DNA from: Desulfuromonadales bacterium
GTDB lineage: Bacteria > Desulfobacterota > Desulfuromonadia > Geobacterales > Pseudopelobacteraceae
NCBI GenBank assembly: GCA_037129255.1
Contig: JBAXVG010000033.1
Span: 158-32,157, forward strand
Reading direction: 5' to 3'
Length of the DNA stretch: 32,000 nucleotides
The translations under genes and the position numbers were made by a program. The notes under the pieces are model-generated. The model saw nothing but the letters and a program-made list of their open reading frames with translations. It did no database searches and was not told where the DNA came from. Of this stretch, positions 24,119-32,000 are shown in pieces; the first letter of the stretch is position 1; each line of letters starts with the position of its first letter.

Positions 24119-25798
24119 TCAAACCTTATCAATAAACTCCCTGTGCATCTTCCACGCTTCACTATCAACAAGCTTCTTCAGATTCTTCACCATATCACGA
24201 TCTTTGTTTTTTTCATCCTCTGGCAGTTCACTATACGGTGTAGAACTCAACAAATTATGAAGCTTTCTGGGTTTGTCGGTAACCGCTGCATATCGCCAGC
24301 CGCTCATAAAGCGCTCTGCCTTCCAGCGCCGGTTTTCAAGTTCCGACAATGTTTCAATTGCATCATCCTGATTACAAAACTTTGCAAGTGTATCACCAGG
24401 GTTATCCTCGCATCTCAGCGCCCGAAGTTTAACTGAAACATGGTCAGCCGGCCAACGGTTTGCATCGCGCATGGTTTCATCGAGTTCTTCCCAAGGCGCT
24501 CCGCCACTATATGCCTGGTGAATGGCTTTGGCCAGTTCATCAGTCACCTCATCATGCAACACCTGATACCCGGTGCCAATATCCAGAATATTGAAGCCAT
24601 ACGTTTCAATATTTGCAGGTGAAGTGTTTCCACCTGACACCAGTTTTGAAAGCTGCGACTTCATATTTACTACTATCGGTGTGTTATCGTTACCCAGAAG
24701 TGTTCTGACACGTTGTGCCAGCGAAAGGCCAAGCGGATCATCATCCACAGCTACATAGACAATCACTGGTGCATGGTCTGCTGTTCCCATGATATCGGCA
24801 AGTGACGATATACATTCCGGGTCGCGATCCACAAAACGCACCTGAACATCAGACACAATCAAACCGGGTGGGTTCTTTCCATCGCCATACAGGGCAAAGA
24901 ACTTCTCTGAAACTGGCTTTATATTCCGGTCAAGTACTGTTATCTCCAGATTCTTCCAATCAACGTAATGCCCAACCCGCGCGGCTTGCTTTACTACTGC
25001 CTCCCCCGTCCTGCCAAATCCGATAACCGCAATCCGCAACGTATCGCCGGTGAAACCCTGCTCTATCGCATATTTGTCCGGTGGATATTTCTCAAACATC
25101 ACACGAGAGGCGGTTTCGTAAACATTGAAGATACTTGCGTCAAACGCCGTGCCCTGCTTTTTATACAGATCATGACCGGCAAAAATGTCCCGCAGGCTTG
25201 GACTTGCAATATGAGTGAAACAACGCAAGTTAGATTTATTGTCGTCCGCCTTGCTGACAAGTTCTTGTGCCTGATGTGTAATCTCTATGTTATCGTGGTC
25301 GCTTCCGGTAACTGCAAACAGATATCTGGCACAGGTGATATTTGCTTCTTCCAGAATAACAGGATCGCCGGAATCACCGATAATAACCGTCGCGCCTCTC
25401 TCACGGCAGCCGCTGATATCCGGGTGATCTTTTTTTGATTCTATGACCACAACACGTTTTTCCCGCTTGATATATTCTTCCACCAGTCTCATCCCTTTTT
25501 CACCAAGTCCGCAGATAACAACATGGCCGCGTGACTGGTGCAGGCGGATCAAAGCGTACTTCTCGCAAATTTCCTTCCAGAAGGCCTGGATGGAACCGAG
25601 AGCAGTTCCACCGGCACCTAAAAACTTGGCTATCTTGAAGAGCGTTTTCTGTTGCTCTGATGTTCCAAAGAAAACGGCTGCAATACCGCCGATCAAGGCC
25701 AGTACTGCGATCACCAGCAGAGCAATTACAAACCACCAGGAATAGCGACGGCTCCAACGGCCAATTGTGGAATACGTGGAAATACTCTTTTCTGTCAT
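24119..25798 (-). CDS. membrane protein: N-terminal TM segments, two Rossmann (TrkA-N-like NAD-binding) domains, C-terminal RyR domain
   Basis: TM helix WWFVIALLVIAVLALIGGIAAVFF. GxGxxG with an acidic beta2 end (HVVICGLGEKGMRLV...RVVVIE). Second Rossmann IAVIGFGRTGEAVV...EITVLD. C-terminal LAKAIHQAY...PWEELDETMRDANRWPADHVSVKL and ENRRWKAERFMSGWRY...KLHNLLSSTPYSELPEDEKNKDRDMV match the bacterial RyR-domain pattern. The ATG lies 4 nt after the upstream stop. Confidence 0.7.
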   Translation of the reverse strand: MTEKSISTYSTIGRWSRRYSWWFVIALLVIAVLALIGGIAAVFFGTSEQQKTLFKIAKFLGAGGTALGSIQAFWKEICEKYALIRLHQSRGHVVICGLGEKGMRLVEEYIKREKRVVVIESKKDHPDISGCRERGATVIIGDSGDPVILEEANITCARYLFAVTGSDHDNIEITHQAQELVSKADDNKSNLRCFTHIASPSLRDIFAGHDLYKKQGTAFDASIFNVYETASRVMFEKYPPDKYAIEQGFTGDTLRIAVIGFGRTGEAVVKQAARVGHYVDWKNLEITVLDRNIKPVSEKFFALYGDGKNPPGLIVSDVQVRFVDRDPECISSLADIMGTADHAPVIVYVAVDDDPLGLSLAQRVRTLLGNDNTPIVVNMKSQLSKLVSGGNTSPANIETYGFNILDIGTGYQVLHDEVTDELAKAIHQAYSGGAPWEELDETMRDANRWPADHVSVKLRALRCEDNPGDTLAKFCNQDDAIETLSELENRRWKAERFMSGWRYAAVTDKPRKLHNLLSSTPYSELPEDEKNKDRDMVKNLKKLVDSEAWKMHREFIDKV

Positions 25799-25802
25799 GG
25801 CA

Positions 25803-27581
25803 TCACCCCTGAGGTACTTCTATGGGACGTTCACGGTGCATGAGTACCCAATCGCCGTTCTCGGCCAAGGCCTCCTTGCCAACCGCCAGAATAATTTCCC
25901 GCTGGCACGTTTTGTCATAAGTACCGCTATCCAGCAGTTGCAGGCTTTTTGTGAAAACGCCGTACATCCGGGCATACTGCTTGGCCTGCTCGGCATACAG
26001 CATCCGTTCGGCATAAAACTTCAGAGCTCCGGAAATAACAAAGATAAGCGGGGTAGCAACCTGCATCCAGGGGTCAAGCGTATCCCCTCCCAGTTTCATA
26101 CCATGAATGATCAGCATGGCAGGGGTTACTGCGAAGAAGCCCAGGCGGAAAAGGAAGGTTGATATTGTATCCAATTTTTCAGCTTCCTTTTTATTCCAGC
26201 GCGCTTTTTTTCCGAAATAGTCCCTTTGGTTTTCCAGCCAATACTCGCGTATAGCTGAAAGGTTACAAGGTGCCGCCGTCTCTGCACAACCTCTGTAGGC
26301 CAACAGATTCCAAGTCTTGACCGCGTAACGTATCCAGTTAAGCTCTGACTGCTGCTTGCTCAAGTAGAACGAGGCCGGATTTTCGCTGACCCCGGCCAGT
26401 TGCCAGAACAGACTGACCCGCATCCCCTCAGCCAGAGCACGGTAGTCGAGAAACTTCTCCGGGGCACCCTGGCGATGGGTGATACTATAGATACCGTAAG
26501 CAAGCCCCAGAAAGAGCAGGTATCCGGAAATGGCAAACATAGCTGTGGTCACGTTGGTATAGGTTTCACCGAAGAAAACGATAAACGGAACCAGCGAGGC
26601 CAGCAGCAGCAAGACACTGTAGGTTTCCTTTTGAAACTGTTGAGAAAGAACGTCAGCATGAGTAAAGTAGTGCAGCAGTTGTCTGGCTGATGGTGAAAGG
26701 TCTGCCTGGGTGAAGGGGGGCTGATCTATGGGAATCACATATTTTGCCGCTTCCTTGCGCCTGTCGTCAAAATCAGGAACCAGCCGGTATATATCATTCG
26801 AATCCCCATTGAAAAGTTCGATACAGGCCAGGGTGCGCAGGTGCTCGTCTTCCCGGATTCCCTTCCCGTCATCAGTAAGCGGGTACAGCAGTTGCACCCC
26901 TGCCGGCGCATCCCGTTCTGCCCGGTGCTTCTCGATAAAGTCAACATCCTGCGATACGTTGGAAGCATTTGTTCGCCTGGTTGGAACGTAATAAACCACT
27001 CCGGTTTGCACGGGGTTGAACAGCGATATACCGGGCTGTCGGGAATCGTCAGCGCCATACAATTGCATGCGTACAACGTGCGATGTGCCGCCGGACGGAC
27101 CATTTGTCGCACCGTCCCACAGGGCAATCAGCACCTGACTCTGCTCAACGATGAAGCGGCCAACAGCGAGGTATTGCAGATCCCGTGAAATTTCTTCGGC
27201 AGCTGCCGCTTCCGAATTCCCATTTTCAAGCGGCAATTCGAGCGAAAACACTGCCTGCGCCAACAAGTACCGAAACTGACTGACCGATTCCGGGGAAAAA
27301 TCCTGTTCATACAGTTCCTGCGACATCGGTAACGGCACAACAAGTTCAATACCGGCATCCAGCGCCGCTTCAGCAGCCAAACGGTCTGCTCCATCAGCCA
27401 GGGCAGAGACGAGCATCAACGGGGTACGAGGATACTCCTCATGCAGATGATCAATAATAGCCCGTATCTTTTGCTTCAAGTCAGGTTTATCTTCGTCAAG
27501 GATGTCACGGTGACCAGTGACCCCAATCAGTAGCGGTAATGTGGTCTGGTTTAGTGTTTGAGCGTTACTGGTATCTGCCAT
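25803..27581 (-). CDS. SLOG-superfamily (YpsA/LOG/DprA-like) nucleotide-sensor domain fused to a four-TM region with SLATT-like C-terminal 2TM module
   Basis: SLOG-type motifs are LIGVTGHRD, LVSALADGADRLAAEAALDAG and WDGATNGPSGGTSHVV (Gly-rich phosphate loop). Hydrophobic helices are VLLLLASLVPFIVFFG, AMFAISGYLLFLGLAYGIYSI, ISTFLFRLGFFAVTPAMLII and VATPLIFVISGALKFY. The last pair is preceded by YWLENQRDYFGKKARWNKKEAEKL, as in DUF4231/SLATT modules. The ATG at 27581 follows AAGGAG (the ORF-track M1 is a GTG at 27590). Confidence 0.7.
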   Translation of the reverse strand: MADTSNAQTLNQTTLPLLIGVTGHRDILDEDKPDLKQKIRAIIDHLHEEYPRTPLMLVSALADGADRLAAEAALDAGIELVVPLPMSQELYEQDFSPESVSQFRYLLAQAVFSLELPLENGNSEAAAAEEISRDLQYLAVGRFIVEQSQVLIALWDGATNGPSGGTSHVVRMQLYGADDSRQPGISLFNPVQTGVVYYVPTRRTNASNVSQDVDFIEKHRAERDAPAGVQLLYPLTDDGKGIREDEHLRTLACIELFNGDSNDIYRLVPDFDDRRKEAAKYVIPIDQPPFTQADLSPSARQLLHYFTHADVLSQQFQKETYSVLLLLASLVPFIVFFGETYTNVTTAMFAISGYLLFLGLAYGIYSITHRQGAPEKFLDYRALAEGMRVSLFWQLAGVSENPASFYLSKQQSELNWIRYAVKTWNLLAYRGCAETAAPCNLSAIREYWLENQRDYFGKKARWNKKEAEKLDTISTFLFRLGFFAVTPAMLIIHGMKLGGDTLDPWMQVATPLIFVISGALKFYAERMLYAEQAKQYARMYGVFTKSLQLLDSGTYDKTCQREIILAVGKEALAENGDWVLMHRERPIEVPQG

Positions 27582-27594
27582 AATGATCACTCCT

Positions 27595-29057
27595 TCAGGC
27601 GTTATTGAGGCTCAGGTGCTGAACAATCCTCACCATCGCCAGAGAATCCTGTCCACAGTATTTCAGCATATTCTGCCGCAGAGCCTCACGACGTTCCGGT
27701 GCTGTCGTTTCATGAATCGCTTCCAGAAATGCAGTCTGAGCTTCCATCCCGTTGCTTACTTCTTCAAGGTTGTCGTAGGAGAGGTCAGGGGCGATGGTCG
27801 GCAGTACCGCCTTAATTGACCATGAACCGTGCATATCCGGGTGGTAATAATTCTGGCGGAGCAGCGGCAGCAGGTCGATAATTCGCTCCTGAAGGGTGGC
27901 AAGCGAGGCCTGCAGGTCCGGGTACAGTTCGATCAGAATACCGATAACCATTCGTTCAAAATGTCCATACGTGATAATTGGGCCGACTGTTCCTAAGTCG
28001 GCAATCATTTGATCAGCAAGTGAGCGCATGGGTGGACCACCGCTGATATCTAGGAATTCGAGATGTGTGACAGTATCATCTGGCTGTTCAACATGGCAGG
28101 AATATTGGAACGGAAGCTGTTGGTAAGGGCGAGTGCCGGCCCAGATCGGGATGGCAAACATAATTGTCTCGAAATCGAGGTAATAGCGCGGGAAACCAAT
28201 CTGCTGCAGTTCAGATTGCAGGGCGGGATCTACCTGCGGCTTACCAGTTGAGACCGCATCCCAAATCCTTCGATGTTTCTCGTTAGTCAGCCGCTCCGTG
28301 GGACATTTCGGAGGTCGGTAAAACCTTCATCCAACAATTGAAGTTCAATACGGGTTGCTCCGGGGAGGGTTTCCGTCGGGTATTCAAAGCCGGATTGAGC
28401 GGGTGAACAGTGTAAGCAGTAGGGGCACTCAAAGGGCGAATAGCACTGATCTCCCGGCATTATTTCAGGTTCACTACCCGTAAGCATTTCCCGGAAATCG
28501 CTTACCCATTTCGGAATCTCAACCCTCAGAGAATTTACCTGCTCAGTTACATCCTCTGACTGAAAAAGTCCGCGGTAGTCGTTACCTCCGGGATACACAA
28601 AGCTGTTGTCAATGTGGGTCAGATGGACGGTAGACAGCGGGATGTTATTGCCGATAACCCATGCCTGGATAGAAATGTCCGGAACATGGTAGTCCTTTAC
28701 GGAGGTGGATGATTTGGCTTCGTAAAGTTTATAGGAAGCATTATCCTTTTCGAGAAGATCGGCACGAATCAGAACCCCCTGATGTGAAAATGTGGCCTCA
28801 AATATTCGGAGCTCCCCTGCTTGTACCAACCGTTCCGTTTCCTGAAGCGCCTTGCCGAGACCTTGCTCACCCTTTACAAATTTTCCATCGGGATACAAGG
28901 TTCGGAAAACATCATGCAGCGCAAGCCCCGCCTGAAGACGCTCATTTGTCTCGTCAGAGACCTCGGCACATTCAGGGCGGTTTACTGTCAACCAGAGTCT
29001 TTTTCTGCATTGCAGACCTTCGATTATTTTTGACTTGGAAAGGTTGCAGGGGTGCAT
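27595..29057 (-). pseudogene. DUF2779-family protein (N-terminal PD-(D/E)xK/Cas4-like region, C-terminal RNase H-like region) split by a single frameshift
   Basis: The upstream half (28287-29057/29105) has LSKSKIIEGLQCRKRLW and EAKSSTSVKDYHVPDISIQAWV. The downstream frame is open from 28326 and reads ...ERLTNEKHRRIWDAVSTGKPQVDPALQSELQQIGFPRYYLDFETIMFAIPIWAGTRPYQQLPFQYSCH, the DUF2779 core, before the ORF-track ATG at 28161. The two frames overlap at 28290-28326, so one indel there restores a protein of about 500 aa. Its stop overlaps the RBS of the SLOG gene. Confidence 0.7.
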
Positions 29058-29162
29058 AAGCTTAAACCTCGACACTGAAAGGCTCGGCATGACCGTTATC
29101 GGCACCGCCGTACTGGTGGGATGAGGACTTCCTCCACAAATAAATGGAGGCGGAAGATAATT

Positions 29163-30314
29163 CTACCTGACAAGTAAAGCAGTTTTCATCCTCTGCAACG
29201 CCTCAATAAGCAGGGATCTGTTGCAGCCGAAATTGAGCCGTACGAATCCGGGAGCGTCAAAGTCTGCGCCGTTCGACAGCCCAACCCCTGCTTCTTCAAA
29301 AAAATGGCCGGGATTTTCAATACCGGTGGCACGTGCATCAATCCAGGCCAGATATGTCGCTTCCGCATGTGCGACTGTCAGACCCGGCATGGCGGATATT
29401 TCACGTTCCACCAGATCACGATTGTCGCGCAGATAGTCCAGCAGAGCGGCACGCCACGGTTCTCCATCCCGGTACACCGATTCAGCCGCAGTATATGCAA
29501 ACAGGTTCAGGTGCGGCACCAGCCTTCCCATAGCTTTTTTAAAGAGGTTACGCAGCCCGGGGTTTGAGATGACAGCAAACGAACAGCCCAGGCCGGGAAT
29601 GTTATACGTCTTGCTTGGAGCCAGCAGGGTAATGGTACGACTCGCAATTTCCGGAGCCAGCGCGGCGATAGGGATATGACGCAGATTTCTGTCCAGGATC
29701 AGCTCGGAATGAATATCGTCAGAACCGATGGTCAGATTATGGCGCTCGGCAATATCGAAAAACTGCAGAAGCTCCTCCTGATGCCAGGCTCTCCCGACCG
29801 GATTGTGCGGGTTGCAGAGGAGCAGCAGTTTTGTGCGCGGCGTAATTGCCTTTTCAAGCGAGACAAAGTCCGGTATCCAGCGGCCGCCGCTCAGCGTCAG
29901 CGGAACTTTGCTGACGGTGCGTTCAGTCAGCAGCGGCGCCGACATGAAAGGGGGATAGACCGGAGTAAAGGTCAACACATCATCGCCCGATTCACCGATG
30001 GCACGACAGAGAACGTTAAGCCCGCAGACCAGACCCGGCAGCCAGACAAGCCATTCCGGGGCAATCGTCCAGTCATAGTCACGAATCAAGGCAGCTTGAA
30101 CTATATCGATCAACCCCTGTTCGGGGTAGGTATACCCGAATACACCATGCTCGACACGATCATGCAGAGCCTTAATCAGGGCAGGCGGTGAACGGAAATC
30201 CATATCCGCAACCCAGAGAGGAAGTATGTCACGCCCTTTGTATTTGTTCCATTTTTCACTGCCGGTATTGTTACGATTTATCGGGGTGTCAAAATCAAAG
30301 TGTGATTTTATCAT
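29163..30314 (-). CDS. PatB/MalY-family PLP-dependent C-S lyase (cystathionine beta-lyase-like aminotransferase class I/II)
   Basis: FDTPINRNNTGSEKWNKY, ILPLWVADMDF, LCNPHNPVGR, and the PLP-lysine motif APSKTYNIPGLG. Confidence 0.85.
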   Translation of the reverse strand: MIKSHFDFDTPINRNNTGSEKWNKYKGRDILPLWVADMDFRSPPALIKALHDRVEHGVFGYTYPEQGLIDIVQAALIRDYDWTIAPEWLVWLPGLVCGLNVLCRAIGESGDDVLTFTPVYPPFMSAPLLTERTVSKVPLTLSGGRWIPDFVSLEKAITPRTKLLLLCNPHNPVGRAWHQEELLQFFDIAERHNLTIGSDDIHSELILDRNLRHIPIAALAPEIASRTITLLAPSKTYNIPGLGCSFAVISNPGLRNLFKKAMGRLVPHLNLFAYTAAESVYRDGEPWRAALLDYLRDNRDLVEREISAMPGLTVAHAEATYLAWIDARATGIENPGHFFEEAGVGLSNGADFDAPGFVRLNFGCNRSLLIEALQRMKTALLVR

Positions 30315-30349
30315 GTAAAAACTCCTTATTATCAGGTAGATGCTCCGGA

Positions 30350-31621
30350 CTACGCTTCGGTGATTTGCACTGGTATCCGCCGGCCGATCTGCAACACCAG
30401 CCCTACGGCGATCATGCAGAGCAGGCCTGATGTCAGGAAGGCCCCCAGGTAGTCTCCCAGATACGTACGCACGGCGCCGGCCCCGAAGGCGGCCAGGGCA
30501 GCGCCAATCTGGTGGCAGGCAAAGATCCAGCCGAACATGACCCCCACCTTGTTACGGCCGAAGACATCGGCCGTCAGCCGCACCGTGGGTGGAACCGTGG
30601 CTATCCAGTCCAGACCGTAGAAGATGGCGAAGACAGTCAGGCCCCAGGAGTGCCCGGCCAGGGCCTGGGGCAGTCCCAGCAGGGACAATCCTCGCAGCCC
30701 GTAGTACCAGGCCAGCAGGTAACGGTTGTTGTAGCGGTCGGATAGCCAGCCCGAGAAGGTCGTGCCGGCCAGATCAAGGATGCCCATCATGGCCAGCAGG
30801 CCTGCGGCCCGGACCTCGGGGATGCCGTGATCGACACAGGCCGGAATCAGGTGTGTGCCGATCAAACCGTTGGTGCTGGCACCGCAGACAAAGAAACTGC
30901 CCCCCAGAAGCCAGAAATCACGTGACCGCAGCCCCACCTTCAGACCTTTAAACGCGCTCCGGAAGGGGTTTCGATCCGCCCCCGGATCGGCGGAGGCATC
31001 GGGCGCACTGCCGTCGTCACCGTACTGGCGCAGACCGACATCGTGGGGAAAGTTGCGCATCAGCAGCAGTACCAGCGGGGCGATCACCGCGATAACAGTG
31101 ACCATGAACAGCACCGAACTGCGCCAGCCGTGACGTTCGTTGATCATGGCCAGAAGCGGCAGGAAGATCATCTGACCGGTGGCGGTACTTGCGGTGAGGA
31201 GCCCCATCACCATACCGCGGCTGCTGTGAAACCAGCGTGTCACCACCGTGGCGCTCAGGCTTGATGAGGACATGCCGGTGCCGCAGCCGACCACGACACC
31301 CCACAGCAGCACCATCTGCCACGGCTGGGTCATGCGAGTCGTCAGGATTGCCCCGACTCCGACCAGAGTCATGGACAGGGCCATGGTGCGACGCACTCCG
31401 ATGCTGTCCAGCAGGGCTGCGGCAAAAGGGCTCATCAGACCGAACAGCAGCAGGTTGATGGAAACCGCCGACGAGATGGTGGCGCGGCTCCAGCCGAATT
31501 CGTGTTCCAGCGGCACGATCAGGATGCCCGGAGTTGAGCGGATACCGGCAGCAGCCAGCAGTGTGACGAAGGTCACCGCCACCACGATCCAGGCGTAGTG
31601 CAGTTTGCGGGTCGAAGGCAT
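30350..31621 (-). CDS. MFS transporter
   Basis: About 12 hydrophobic segments, with typical MFS loop motifs (GIRSTPGI, LDSIGVRRT, SDRYNNRY). The start is set at the ATG at 31621 (MPSTRKLHYAWIVV). The 35 upstream ORF-track residues look non-coding. Confidence 0.85.
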   Translation of the reverse strand: MPSTRKLHYAWIVVAVTFVTLLAAAGIRSTPGILIVPLEHEFGWSRATISSAVSINLLLFGLMSPFAAALLDSIGVRRTMALSMTLVGVGAILTTRMTQPWQMVLLWGVVVGCGTGMSSSSLSATVVTRWFHSSRGMVMGLLTASTATGQMIFLPLLAMINERHGWRSSVLFMVTVIAVIAPLVLLLMRNFPHDVGLRQYGDDGSAPDASADPGADRNPFRSAFKGLKVGLRSRDFWLLGGSFFVCGASTNGLIGTHLIPACVDHGIPEVRAAGLLAMMGILDLAGTTFSGWLSDRYNNRYLLAWYYGLRGLSLLGLPQALAGHSWGLTVFAIFYGLDWIATVPPTVRLTADVFGRNKVGVMFGWIFACHQIGAALAAFGAGAVRTYLGDYLGAFLTSGLLCMIAVGLVLQIGRRIPVQITEA

Positions 31622-31903
31622 CAGAGATACTCCGGCAGATAAATATAAAACTTGCGGATAATAACGAAGAACAGGGCGTTGGGCAATATAAACCGTCTCA
31701 TGCCCGCCGACATGGATGCCCGCCATTCAGAAGGATACCGGCAAGGACTATTGATCGAGAACACCAGCAGTTCTGGCTGAAGCTCAGGAACGGTATCCGA
31801 AAATACGCCATCTGTCAGGGCGCTTTTTGGGACATTATTTTGGCAATGCTCCCGTATTTTATGATACTATTTCCTACCTTTGAATTCAGCGAAGGGAGGT
31901 TGC

Positions 31904-32000
31904 ATGGCACATTCTCCAGTTATAAAAATGACAGCAGGAAGATTCAAAACCATCATGGTAATTGGCATCCTGGTGCTTAACCTTTTTGTCATCGGTATTT
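31904..32000 (+). CDS. 5' end of an unknown membrane-anchored protein (continues off-window)
   Basis: The ATG at 31904 is preceded by GAAGGGAGG. The translation MAHSPVIKMTAGRFKTIMVIGILVLNLFVIGI begins a TM helix. Too short to name. Confidence 0.4.
   Translation, partial: MAHSPVIKMTAGRFKTIMVIGILVLNLFVIGI

Noticed and set aside
29119-29155. Inverted repeat CTTCCTCCA...TGGAGGCGGAAG downstream of the patB/malY-like gene as a terminator
   Set aside because: The stem is imperfect and there is no T-run on the minus strand. It may still be a weak terminator or an operator for the DUF2779 operon promoter region, but the support is insufficient.

Overview
Bacterial chromosomal segment. Spot counts of single 60-nt rows give about 55-60% G+C in the core genes. 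The core gene set (xseB-ispA-dxs, sucCD, tsaB, Rrf2 regulator, PAS-GGDEF, GNAT, ybaK, hypE, patB/malY-like lyase, MFS transporter) suggests an anaerobic Desulfuromonadota/Geobacter-like host, but that is only a guess. Almost everything is on the minus strand. Two accessory regions interrupt the core. (A) nt 1-4357 is an AT-rich island (about 35-40% G+C by spot count) running from the 3' end of a tyrosine integrase gene to tRNA-Pro(UGG). It carries a HigB/HigA-type toxin-antitoxin pair and a tightly packed three-gene operon. The middle protein of that operon has an unmistakable Lon-type (S16) Ser-Lys peptidase core, and I cannot place its two partners in any family. (B) nt ~16.7-29.1 kb is a defence island. 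It holds a GmrSD-like DUF262/DUF1524 type IV restriction enzyme, VapBC with a palindromic operator, and a REP-associated tyrosine transposase (RAYT) with nine GTAG-palindrome REP copies, three of them REPIN doublets inside a 244-245 bp tandem repeat. It also holds a translationally coupled four-gene operon: a frameshifted DUF2779 nuclease-like gene, a SLOG + 4TM (SLATT-like) protein, a 2TM + double Rossmann (TrkA-N) + RyR-domain protein, and a 983-aa TIR protein with five tandem ~165-aa modules. The TIR / SLOG-transmembrane / RyR combination is my best candidate for an undescribed Thoeris-like NAD-derived-signal abortive-infection system. The Lon-like trio is the second candidate. All family assignments come from motif recognition by eye; no searches were run.
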